A stretch of 64,000 nucleotides of DNA from Microthyrium microscopicum (Eukaryota): positions 3,956,884 through 4,020,883 of the forward strand of contig MU004231.1 of NCBI GenBank assembly GCA_010405405.1, read 5' to 3'. Positions within the stretch are counted from its first letter, which is position 1; each line of letters begins with the position of its first letter. This document shows, one piece after another, positions 1 to 10,637 of the stretch. The notes beneath the pieces were generated by a model, which worked only from the letters and a program-made list of their open reading frames with translations, was not told where the DNA came from and made no database searches. The translations under genes and the position numbers were made by a program.

Positions 1-1923
1 TGAAGATCGCTCAAGAGCAGATTTGGGAGCAGGAGGTATTCGTGCTGGCGGCTTCTTGCGTGGACTTGTCATTCGAAAAGGTTCTGATGCTGTGCCCTTG
101 TCTGGTGATAGTAAAGACAATGTCCGAGTATGCTTTGAACCACTGAAAACTTTTCGACCGGAGGATCGTACACCTGACATTAAAGATTTCCGTCGTTCCA
201 TTTCTCGCTGCAACCATTGTTGTGAGCCGTCGACATCATCATCAGACACGTCAACGAGAGGAAAGCTGGTGTCTAAAGGCTTGAGTTGAAGTCCTCTCCG
301 TGATTCCTGTCGCTTTTTGTACATTTCTTGGCTCGCCCAGCGCTTCTTGAGTTTGTTTAGCTCTTGTTCAGCGCGACGAAGTTCTTCTGTGAGCTCCAGA
401 ACGCGTCGTTCTTGATGAGCCAGTACCGTCAAGAAGTTGCCCTCCGTCGGAGCAGCAAGAACTTCTGGTGAAAGTATTGGACTCGCGTGCCATGAAGGAG
501 GTCGAGAAGGACGGTTCGTGGCAGGCTGAATAGGAAAGTTGAGGGACAATCGTTTTGAAAGACGATCGGTGGAAAAATTGGCTGGCTCTCGAGTTGGAGA
601 TGTGATAAAGTCGTCGTTTGTAAGAGTAGCTGATGAAGGAGCATTGAAGGTAAGGGGAGAATCGCCTATCCGTTCCAATGGTATTGGGTGAATAGGACTA
701 TTGGGGCCTCCAGCATTCAGTATGTCGTCAACGCTGACGGGATGAGTGAGAGTTAGCCGTCGGGGAGAGGTCCGCCGGGACCAGATGCTTTCGTCGGTCA
801 TGACGTCTCTGAGTTCCTCGTCTTGTAGCTCGTCGCGTTCGTCGTCCGCAAGCTCAGCGGCAGTAGGTGTGCGCACCAGCTCCCGTCTCTGGCGTCGACG
901 ACCTCCTCTGAAGAAATCGGGACTTGATAAAGACTGAATTTGCGTATCGGTCAAAAAGTCATGATTATTTTGGGTAAGGGAATGGACAGGAGTGGTGAAA
1001 TTGTTTTGCGTGGTGTTGTTTGGGCCAGCCGTCAATAGTAATCTCTCGTTATGAGGCTCGCAGCCATCCCCTGTCGTTGCTTCTATTGAGCGCGGCTCAC
1101 GGACGAATAGAACCACTGCGCGCAGGGATGCCCCTAGTTGCGAAAGAGCAGCTAGTGGCGGCAAACGAGAGCAGGTAGCAACCAGTTGAGCCAATGAGGT
1201 GCGCAAACACACGAGGTAAACTCGTGTCTGTGGGAGAATTAGACGCGCCACGCAATAGCAGCCGAGGCAGCTAAATGTCGCGACTCCCAATCCAATGCCC
1301 AGTCCAAGACTCGAGACAAAAAGTCTGTTGCGTGCAAGAGCTTGCGAATCGACATTGTTGAGCATGAGCGATGAAGCTGCGGAAGCCAGTTTGGAAGGTT
1401 GAGAGAGACTGGCCCAAGGCATGCGAAGCATCAAGGCTAGCCGTTGGCGCACATTTGTTGATGCGAATGTGGCAGCGAAGGTTTCGCTGGTGATTTTCCG
1501 GAATGAAAGAGACAGTGATGGTGTTTTACTTTGCTGAGCACCTGCTCCAGCTTGAGTGAGATAGGAAGTTGTTGTAAGGCTGAAGGAGGGTAGGAATGCA
1601 GATTCTGAGCTGGTGGAGGCAATTGACAATATTGACAATCGATTATCTAGCCTTGTTTGTTGGTCTGCAGGTAAAGGGGGATCAGTGAGAGTGAGGGGCG
1701 TTGCCTGGGCGAGCAAACGTAAATTGTCCGCGAATTCTTGTGTTGATCTTTTGCTGAAATTCTCGTCGCCTGGATCTTGATGTTGAGAGGTAGATGGTTG
1801 AAATGATGATGCATGCTGCGGGGGTTGTCTTTCCTTTGTCTCTTCATTTTGTCTGAGATCTCGACTTCTCGAGGTCACTTCATCCTCTTTTTCAGCCTCT
1901 TCTGACATGGGATCGCGCCCCAT
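1..1923 (-). CDS. Conserved fungal hypothetical protein (DUF4048-like, coiled-coil); 3' end runs off the window
   Basis: Hand translation gives a stop-free minus-strand frame from ATG 1923 (alternative ATG 1908) to base 1; it is absent from the ORF track because no stop lies in the window. It contains KRLSLNFPIQP, FLTVLAHQERRVLELTEELRRAEQELNKLKKRW and RKVFSGSKHTRTLSLLSP, motifs I recall from this fungal family. The true start is uncertain. Confidence 0.75.
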   Translation of the reverse strand, partial: MGRDPMSEEAEKEDEVTSRSRDLRQNEETKERQPPQHASSFQPSTSQHQDPGDENFSKRSTQEFADNLRLLAQATPLTLTDPPLPADQQTRLDNRLSILSIASTSSESAFLPSFSLTTTSYLTQAGAGAQQSKTPSLSLSFRKITSETFAATFASTNVRQRLALMLRMPWASLSQPSKLASAASSLMLNNVDSQALARNRLFVSSLGLGIGLGVATFSCLGCYCVARLILPQTRVYLVCLRTSLAQLVATCSRLPPLAALSQLGASLRAVVLFVREPRSIEATTGDGCEPHNERLLLTAGPNNTTQNNFTTPVHSLTQNNHDFLTDTQIQSLSSPDFFRGGRRRQRRELVRTPTAAELADDERDELQDEELRDVMTDESIWSRRTSPRRLTLTHPVSVDDILNAGGPNSPIHPIPLERIGDSPLTFNAPSSATLTNDDFITSPTREPANFSTDRLSKRLSLNFPIQPATNRPSRPPSWHASPILSPEVLAAPTEGNFLTVLAHQERRVLELTEELRRAEQELNKLKKRWASQEMYKKRQESRRGLQLKPLDTSFPLVDVSDDDVDGSQQWLQREMERRKSLMSGVRSSGRKVFSGSKHTRTLSLLSPDKGTASEPFRMTSPRKKPPARIPPAPKSALERSS

Positions 1924-3547
1924 TTTTTTATTTTCCCCTCAACACCACCTCTCAGTCGTCCGCTTCTCGATGTGTCGTACAATGGAGGCTGTATTGCCTG
2001 GTTGAGTAACCAGCAGTCCCTGTCCAGGCTGTCCGATTCTTCTCGTTTTCTACAGTCATCCATCAAATCAACCTTCTCGCTTTTCACTTTTGACCAGCTC
2101 CCTTGCCCCTGTTTGCGTTGTCGTGTCGCGTCAATCGGATGTTGGATGTTTGATTTGGTTGTCTGGTCGTTGGCTCGTTGCACTGTAGGGAAAGTCCAGT
2201 CGCACCAGGCGATTTCTCAACAGTATATCCTTCCAATTGCGCTGTTCGATGCTTCCAGGTTTCCCGCCTTTTGGTGAAGTAGTTGCAATGTACAAGATCC
2301 AATTGAGTTGTTGTGTCTCGCCAACCATGCCAATCGTTCTTGCGGGTCTCCTTTTCCTTTTCCAAAATCTTCTTTCATTCCAAACAGGCAATCGTAGATC
2401 GTACGGTATGTCACTCTCTCCATCGGCGGAGACCGCCAGCTTTACAAAGGTAGTCTTTGAAAATTCCCCTGTACATTCCGCAAGGATTGAGCTGTGCAAA
2501 TAAACTGGTCTTCATATAATAACTAATATACTATCCACTCAATTGGCTCTGCAAACAAACTATCCCTGCCCTTCTAGCTTTCGGCCGGTCTTCCTTTGGT
2601 CTGTTTCTCCCGGCGCAAACTCCCAAAGTTAACTGGTTCCGTTTGGCCTGCCATCATATGTACCGCTCTTCTCCCCAAATGCAGTAGAGTTGACCAGAGG
2701 GTTACTTTGCCTCATGCCATTTCCGCGAACCGAGAAACTGCTTTATACTTGCTATCCTTACTCCATAAGGTCGCGGTCCGCAATCCGGGGGTGCGCATGG
2801 TTCTCCAAAGTATTTCATTACTTGCTGAGCCGCTATTCGAGTCATTAGTCTAGAATAATCTCCGCCGTTGAATCGTAGTTTTACCGATCAAAGTTATTTC
2901 ATTGACCAATTGCATCGAGAAAAATTGTTCCTCACATGTACTTTGTAAAGTATTTGCCTGCTGAAAGTCCAAATTGACTATGCCACGTTACTCCATAGTA
3001 TCACAGACCCTTGAAATATATTGATCTGCTATAGGGTACGGACGAGAGAAATGAACCTACACGTGGATGTCTTCAAAGCTACTCTAGGCAATGAGGCACA
3101 GCATGTCATAGGGCAGTTCTACAACAATCTTTTGCATGGTGGCAGCGACTATCAATGATTCGAGGCTGTGAAAAAGCGTCACTGGGAGATCAGATCCATG
3201 ATTGGATGCAGATATTTATCAAGTCTTGCGCAGATCAAAACTCATAAATGTCACGATATGGATGATTTAAGCGCGCACGCTGGAGAAGGAACGACTTTAG
3301 TGTGAGGCAATTCTAAAGTCGATTCAATCATATAATACATTCCAGCCGCATCGTGGCTCCTTCGCCAAGGCCACTTCAGATGTCAAAATAGAAACAGTAA
3401 CATGAACTCAATATACATGATCTGTCGACATGTGTTAAGCATTGACCTACTCCGACCCAATAGTTCGTGCGACCTGTCAGTCTCAAGCTCGTGGTTCTTT
3501 CTTCATACTACAGATATGTGCGTAACTCTTCGCTACAGCTCCAGTGC

Positions 3548-4685
3548 TTATAGCTCGCTCTTCTCGTCACTTGCACCACCAAGCTTAGTGCCCTTGAACT
3601 TTTGAAGAATGTTGATGCGGCTGGTGAAATCATCAAGCTTTTCAGGAGCAGTCTTGCCCTTCTTGATAATTCCAGTCAAACGAGCCAACTCCTTCTCAAC
3701 ATACGCAGAGTTTTCGCCAACCTTGTTCGCAACCTTGACATAGTATTCAGCGTACTTGCCCTTCTCAGATTTGGCGGCAGCAACTACATCGTCGTATGTG
3801 CTGCTGCCAGCATCGAGGATCTTCTGGATGGCAGAGTCGATTGTGGAGATGGTACCAGCGAGGATGTTGAGTCCACCACCTGGTGCGCGGAATGTGCCTG
3901 CTTCCTTATTGACGAATTCGATGAGGTCGGATTCGCTTCGTCCGCCGTTATAGGGTGATGGGTTGGTCTTGCCGGCGGCGAACCATTTGAGGGTTGGGAA
4001 TCCGGTGATTCCTTGTTCTTCGGCGATCTTCTTGGAGTCTGGCGACTCGGCGTCAACCTTGGCGATGACGACTGATGGCTCGTTGGCAAAGTCGATGGCT
4101 AGTTGTTCCCAGGTAGGCGCAAGCGATTTGCAGTCTAGAAACCATTAGCATATGCAGCACATAAAGAGGATAATATAACGTACGGCCACACCACGGGGCA
4201 GTGAAAGCAACGAGAACGTTCTTCTCGTTTCCAATCGTCTCGTTGAACGACTTGTCGTTGAGCATCTCAACTTTGCTTGGCGCCTTGCCTGATCGCATCT
4301 TCAAGCCCGTTTTCTCTGTAATAAAGCTGGATAGAGCATCGAGATCTCGGCCACCATTATAGTCCTCAACTTTCTCTCCGTCAAACCATTTTAGTGTTGG
4401 GAAGCCTTGGACGCCATAGCGAGATCCAAGCTCCTTGTGGTTGTCGGCGTCCACCTTGGCGATGGAGACCTTGTTCTTTGCATATTGAAATCCTTGGGCG
4501 AGTTCTTCGTATATAGGTGCGAGATTCTTGCAATGCCCACACCAGGGAGCAAAGAACTCGATGAGTTTTGGTTGTGGTTCGGCGAGGATGGTATCGAAGT
4601 TGTCGGTTGTGAGTTCGAGGACTGCTTCTGCGGCGGCGGTAGCGACGGCAGCAAGGCCGAAGATTAGGGGTATTATTCGTGTCAT
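3548..4685 (-). CDS. tigA: Protein disulfide isomerase, TigA/ERp38 type (two thioredoxin domains plus C-terminal helical domain)
   Basis: Signal peptide and two WCGHCK sites, the second split by intron 4135-4183 (GTACGT...GCTAAT...CTAG). C-terminus is ...GASDEKSEL*, an ER-retention-like tail. Confidence 0.93.
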
Positions 4686-5798
4686 AATGGATGTTGGGTA
4701 TGTGAGGACAATTCAGGAGGAATTTGGATGTGGAGAGATGATGGGATGTTGAAGTTGGAGATTTTGAAACTATTTTAAGCCGTCAACGTTTCAACATGCA
4801 CGCGCTTGCCAGTTGCCACTCCGACTTTCACCTGGCCACGTTTCCTTAACAACCTCCTTCCTTCCTTAGAAATCAACCTCAACCTCACTCGGTGATTACT
4901 AAATGTTGAAGGCGCCTTTTCTGATATTTGATCCTTTTGTCTATTTCTAGTTTCGCCATTTATATTCCCTGGTAGCTGTAACAGCAGGTCTGCCCAAACA
5001 AGCTTCGACCGGATGTTAAACAGAGCAGCGATATGAAGGCTAACCGCACAAAGTATCAAGATGGAGTACCCTTTCGTCATGCGTATGTCCGCGCCACTGA
5101 TTATATTTGATGCGCTTTCTCGATCTCATAGGTATATGGCTGAGTCTTACCTCATTTGCATGGCGAAGACCACTTTCCTCTCTACATTTCGTCACTTAGA
5201 TAAACTTACCATGTTTCAACTCGAGACTTACGATTGTTGCTTACGACCAACAGGGGACGTATTCTTAATACGACTATCTCTCTGAATATATAATTTACAA
5301 CAATCCTTACTGTAGCTGAAAAGGAGAAATCTGATGTCTGATATGCGTGTATTCTGCTGGTTGATACATGATATCTGATTGGTCACTTAAGAAGCAACGC
5401 ATTTCTATTGGTCACTTCAATAGCAAGCACTTGTACACCCTAAGCAATTTTCATGTTGCTCGCATGGTTTGTTCTTGAGAGCTTTTCTTTCGAGACTCAG
5501 CTATGTTCGTTCTATCCTCCGCGGAGATTCGTGGTGGTATGAAATATCTTTAGGTACAGAAACGAGAGCCCATTGGTCAATTGCGGCGCAATGGTTCATA
5601 TATCTTGAGCTTCTACTAATGTCAACAATTTTGACTGCCGGGCGGATTGCAGATCTCAGGAGCTTCCAGAGGTATAAAGACTTGGCCATTTCCCTTCAAC
5701 TTGATGTTGTTACTCTTATCACTTCCAACGTCTTCCGTTCTTACCAACTTATCTCCATTCACAGCTATCAACGCAAGCGTCTCTCGCAAATCATCACA

Positions 5799-6524
5799 AT
5801 GGGATCTATGCCAGAGAACCATCTTACTCCGGAACACGCTACTATCTCCCCAGCAATCCTATACTGGGGTACACCAGTCGTTCTCGTGTCTACCGAAAAT
5901 GAGGATCTCAGCTTCAACATAGCCCCAATATCTTCAGCCTGGTGGCTCGGAAATCGCTGTATGCTCGGCTTGCTATCTGTCTCTCACACCACCAAGAACC
6001 TCCTCCGGACCAAACAATGCGTCCTCAACCTCCCATCAGACGATATGACAGACAAAGTCAACGCACTGGCACGAACCACTGGCTCGAAAGAGATCCTGAC
6101 TGCGACAGCGATTGAACCACTCTATTACTTCAAGAAGTCAAACGGATATCAATATGTTAAGGACAAATTTAGTCATGCAAATTTGACGCCGGTGAAGTCA
6201 GACATAGTGAGGCCGGCTAGAGCTATGGAATGTCCTGTGCAGATGGAGGGAGAGCTTGTTGGGGTGCATGAGATGATGCAAGACGTCGAAGGAGAAGTCC
6301 TTTTCGCGATGGAGATCAAAGTGTTGAGGACTCACGTTCATGAAAACATCAGGAAATCTGGGACCAAAAATCGAATCGATACTGATAAGTGGCGTCCTAT
6401 GATTATGAGCTTTTCAGAGCTCTATGGATTGAAGGCGAAGAAGGCGGACGAGTCAGAGCTAGCAGAGATGGAAGAGGAAGCGTATAGGGGCTTCTCAAAT
6501 CCGGCTGAAGTCGATTTGATGTAA
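5799..6524 (+). CDS. Flavin reductase-like FMN-binding split-barrel protein (DIM6/NTAB family)
   Basis: ISPAILYWGTPVVLVSTENED, NIAPISSAWWLG, CVLNLPSD, ECPVQMEGEL and IDTDKWRPMIMSF motifs; intronless. The likely start is ATG 5799 rather than the upstream TTG used by the ORF track. Confidence 0.85.
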   Translation: MGSMPENHLTPEHATISPAILYWGTPVVLVSTENEDLSFNIAPISSAWWLGNRCMLGLLSVSHTTKNLLRTKQCVLNLPSDDMTDKVNALARTTGSKEILTATAIEPLYYFKKSNGYQYVKDKFSHANLTPVKSDIVRPARAMECPVQMEGELVGVHEMMQDVEGEVLFAMEIKVLRTHVHENIRKSGTKNRIDTDKWRPMIMSFSELYGLKAKKADESELAEMEEEAYRGFSNPAEVDLM

Positions 6525-7222
6525 TGAAAGTGTACTTGCAGGAAAAAATGTAGAATTTGGCATTCAAACTGACAAGCTTTCTTCGAGCTGGCGATATTGG
6601 ATATATACAACACTCTAGAAACTGACACTTCAGTGTACACTGTCACAAGATTCACAAGGACAGAACAAGAATAAGTGCACTATTTCAAAAATTGAAAAGG
6701 ACTTGCTTGCTCAGAAGGCTAAACAAACTCAACTTTCAGACTCATGGCTCTCTGCAGAGAAGGGACAGCAGGTTCATGCCATCGTGCAATAACAATCGCA
6801 GGCGCTCATTACCAAATCTGGACCAGAAGCACTGCTTGGAGCTCTCGGTTGCCTCAGAAACTACCATCATATAACTTAGTCTAGTCGTAGGTCATCGCGT
6901 ACTGAAATGCGAAAGTCAACACGGGGTACACTCTGTCTGACATGATCTTTTCTCTATTGAAGTTCTTGAAGCCTATGTGAAGTTGTGACTGCCGGCATTC
7001 GAGCATTGAAGTACTCACAACGACCTCAAGCATACACAAGATCGGCACTAATGTGGCGCTTGTTAAGCGTTTTAGCCTTTACTCTGAAGGACGAATAGCC
7101 AATTATTTGAATATAAACCCGCCAACCACGCCAGCTTCCAGCCTCGTTACCCTTTTCATCCAACCACTCAACGGCGATTGGCGTCTGACCGGCCCGCACC
7201 TTGGGGAGTCGGGTTCTCATTC

Positions 7223-7300
7223 GGCGATTGTTAAGTGGCCTCAGCTAATTCTGAGGTGGCCCCAGAAGGATCTTAGGTGGCCTTAGCCGCCGTTATCTAA
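7223..7300 (+). repeat. Left terminal inverted repeat of the MULE
   Basis: GGCGATTGTTAAGTGGCCTCAGCTAATTCTGAGG...; reverse complement of 10284-10361 except for two C/T differences. Confidence 0.95.
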
Positions 7301-7503
7301 ACGATTATCCACCAATCCTGTATCGATCTAACCTTAAGTGGCCTTAGTCTAACCTAATATAGTAACATCTTGAAAAATAAAAATAGATTACTGCTAAGCC
7401 TTACTTCTAACTTTACATCTAACTTTATATCCTTAATTACCATTACTACTACTATAACTACTACTTCTTTATAATATAATTACTTAACTACGAACTAACC
7501 AAA

Positions 7504-10022
7504 ATGGACCAATTTAACGTTCCTTATATCCCTAACCTTCCCTCTACTAGCGTTATTTATCCTACTTGGTAGGAAGGCCTTGACGCTATCTACGCCTATA
7601 GCGAAATCTACGGATATTGTGTTAAACGAAAGCGTAGTTCTTCCTCTGAATTGAACCCTAATAACGTGTATGTTTGGTGTACTAAAGCTGGCGAACTTTC
7701 TTACCGTGGAGATACCTTTTGTAATATTAAAAGCGTAAGAGCTCATTGCCCTTATAACTGTTGAATTACACGAAGTAAGAATAAAGCTCTTTTAGGATGG
7801 ATTATTAATTATTAAGGCACCTATTATGACTATCCTGCAGTACAAACAGACACTACTTACGCTACTATTTGATCGTAGGCTTAGGAAGCTCTAGGAATCT
7901 ACGACGAAGTTACTACTTTGTCTTTAAATAAGAGGACGTTATTAAGCAAGATAATGGCAACCCTTTAGCGCAAATATCCTGACCTTGTAATCATTATTTA
8001 GGACATCTACAACATAAGAAGCCTTAACAAGATAATTCGACTTGCTAGACGCACCTTAATTGATGTTATAGTAGCTGAATTATGCACGTACCCTAAATTT
8101 ATATATAAAATCTAAGTACGCCAAAATAAGCTCGTGAGCCTGTTATTGGTATCTAAATAGTCCATCAAGCTTTATTAAACTCATCCTGATATCTTACTCT
8201 TTAATTCAATATACTAAACTAACGAATATAAGATGCTAATGTTCTACATCGGTATAGCGATGGTAATAAATAAATACTTTAGCATGGCGTTTGTATATAT
8301 AACGGGTAAAGATAAAGTATAATATTAGTAGGCGCTAGAAGCGTTTAACGAGAAGGTTCAACTAGGAATTCCTCTCCTAAATGTCGTCCTTATAGACCAC
8401 TGCCTGGCGCTGAAGAACGCCCTTATGACGTTAATTCCTAGTCCTTAATTAATATGCTAATACTACTATAAAGAGGCTATTCGTCTTCATATTAAGACAT
8501 GTTGGAATCGTCTTTGGTATCTTAAGGATCCTGTAGGAAGGGCTATCGCTACGTAGACTTAGGAATTAGCCTATGAGCTATAGTTAAAGGTAGCCAAAAT
8601 CCCCCTACTATTAGAGTTAATTTACTAATAAATTTGCAGGTTCTTTACGCTTTAATAGAGCCTAAACTAGACGCCGCGTAGGAATATCTCAATACTACAT
8701 TAAAAGTGGACGGTAAAGGTCTCCGCTTTATATTATATCTTAAGAAGACCTAGATACCGTGGAAATATTAACTCTATAACGCCTACATCTTTAGAGTCCG
8801 CTATTTAGGTATAAAAATAATCTCTTTGCTAGAAGGATTACATAATGCTATTAAAGAATAGATTTAAAAGAATAGTAATCTTCTCTCTATCCTAGATGCT
8901 TTAGAGGACGCTATTAAGGCTTAACATAAACGACTAAAAGATACTATAGGCTATGAGGCTAAATACGCGCTATATAATCTACTACTATGGTATCTTCCTA
9001 TTATGTTAAGAATATTCTACTACTTCGTTAGTAACTACGCTCTAGATTTAATAAAGAAGCAATATCTTAAGTATAAAAACGAGGAATCTAGATAAGTCGA
9101 ACGTATAGAGTGCTCTTTAACCTTTACTACTACTATAGGGTTACTATATAGTTACACTATTAGGCTAAAGCTTGCTAAAGACCCCTATTGGGTTCTTAAT
9201 AAGGCTAACATTAATCCTTACTAGTTTTACGATTAATTTAAGTCTAGTAGAGGGTTAAATCGTTCTCCACAATATTCTATTAGTTAAGATCTACCGCCTA
9301 AAGCTACGCTAGGAATTTAGCCTTTAGATATTGTTTGTAGTAGTAGACGTTCTTAAGTATCTTAGCCTAGCGCTTAGCCTGATTGACGCCTATAGGCTTT
9401 AATAGGTCGAATACTATCTTATACTAAGCTTTAGCCTGTTCTATCGCTAGTGATGGTTGATGCGGCGGCTATAGTAGCTACGGCGTCTTAAGAATTCATT
9501 AATATTAAAGATTTAGATGCTAAAGTTATATAGACTCGCGCTATAGAGCGGTAGCTACTACTAGAAGCTGTAGAAGTAATAGATCTTACAGAATTAGGCC
9601 CTTCTTTACGACTTTAGCTAGATTTAAGCCCGTGACCTTCTCTAGCTAAACGCTAACGCCAAAACACTACCCTTCCTGTTTGACCTTTACCTAAACGAGT
9701 AGCAAGTAAACGTGCTGTGGCTTCGTTAAAGAAGGTGCTTTAGATCAAAGTAGACTATTAGGCTACGCGGATTTAGGAGCTAGAACGCTATTAGGCTAAG
9801 CGAGAGCGCTATTAGGCTAATTTTAAAGAACGTCTTGCTAGAGCTGAAGCTGTAGCTATGGAGGCCTAAATTATGGCTTTAATAGCTACTACTACCCTTA
9901 AGATAACGACCTATGAAGGAATTACTACTGCTATAACTACTCGCGCGCTAATTTAACTAACTAGAGGCTCAAATAAGAGAGGAAAGAGGCCTATTTGGCG
10001 GCATCTAGGTGGACGTTCTTGA
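7504..10022 (+). pseudogene. MULE transposase pseudogene (FAR1-like N-terminus, MULE DDE domain, SWIM finger)
   Basis: The frame from ATG 7504 has many TAA/TAG stops. HPDILLF[N=D]S[I=T]Y[*=Q]TNEYKM[L=P]MF at ~8182 matches the MULE D-x-T-Y-x-T-N motif. VVL[I=T]DHCLALKNAL lies at ~8383, and SWIM-like ECSLTFTTTIGL[L=P][Y=C]S[Y=H] at ~9108 is brought in frame by a 50-nt intron at 8590-8639. The 3' end is approximate. Confidence 0.85.
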
Positions 10023-10283
10023 AGATAGTTTAATACTAAGAATCCACGTAAAGATTGCATATAAATTGGCTACGAAATACGCATATTATCTTTAGTAGTA
10101 GCTAGTAGGTCTAAATCTCTCTAGGGGCCTAATTTGGGTGCAAAATTAGTGTTTTTAAAGTTAATAATCTGTACGCGCCCTTTAGGCGTTAACATAATAT
10201 AATAACCTGATTTTGAGCAATATTTAACCACCGCTGGGGCCACCTTAGATCCACAGTTGATTTCCTATTTGGGTTTAGATCCA

Positions 10284-10361
10284 TTGGATAACGGCGGCTG
10301 AGGCCACCTAAGATCCTTCTGGGGCCACCTCAGAATTAGCTGAGGCCACTTAACAATCGCC
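10284..10361 (-). repeat. Right terminal inverted repeat of the MULE
   Basis: ...CCTCAGAATTAGCTGAGGCCACTTAACAATCGCC, immediately followed by the TSD copy TTCTCATTC. Confidence 0.95.
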
Positions 10362-10637
10362 TTCTCATTCCTATCGCGCTACTGCATATTTGTCTCTCGA
10401 TCAGCAGCGCCGCTCAGTCCAATTTGTCGAAAAGTACAGCTGCTTTGCGCTATTTTGTTGCTTGCACAGTGCATAAGGACCTGACTTGAAAGTATCCTAC
10501 CATGTTCTTTCTACGAAGTTCTTCATGATCTTGCTAAAAGCGACTGCTCGGCTGCTTTCAGGTAAGCCCATGGAGGAGTCCGTAGCTTTTCGTCGATCAA
10601 ATTTGTGCTGAGACAGCATTAAACTTCTACTCAGACC

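Larger units (their letters stand above)
7223..10361 (+). mobile_element. Mutator/MULE DNA transposon, full length, RIP-inactivated
   Basis: 78-bp TIRs (7223-7300 and 10284-10361, two mismatches), a perfect 9-bp TSD TTCTCATTC (7214-7222 and 10362-10370), and an AT/TpA-rich interior with MULE transposase remnants. Confidence 0.95.

Noticed and set aside
5469..5798. 110-codon N-terminal extension of the flavin reductase ORF
   Set aside because: It begins at a TTG, has no family similarity, and ATG 5799 lies just before the conserved domain.
7173..7180. GGCGATTG matching the TIR tip 50 bp outside the MULE
   Set aside because: Only 8 bp with no TSD or further similarity; compatible with chance.
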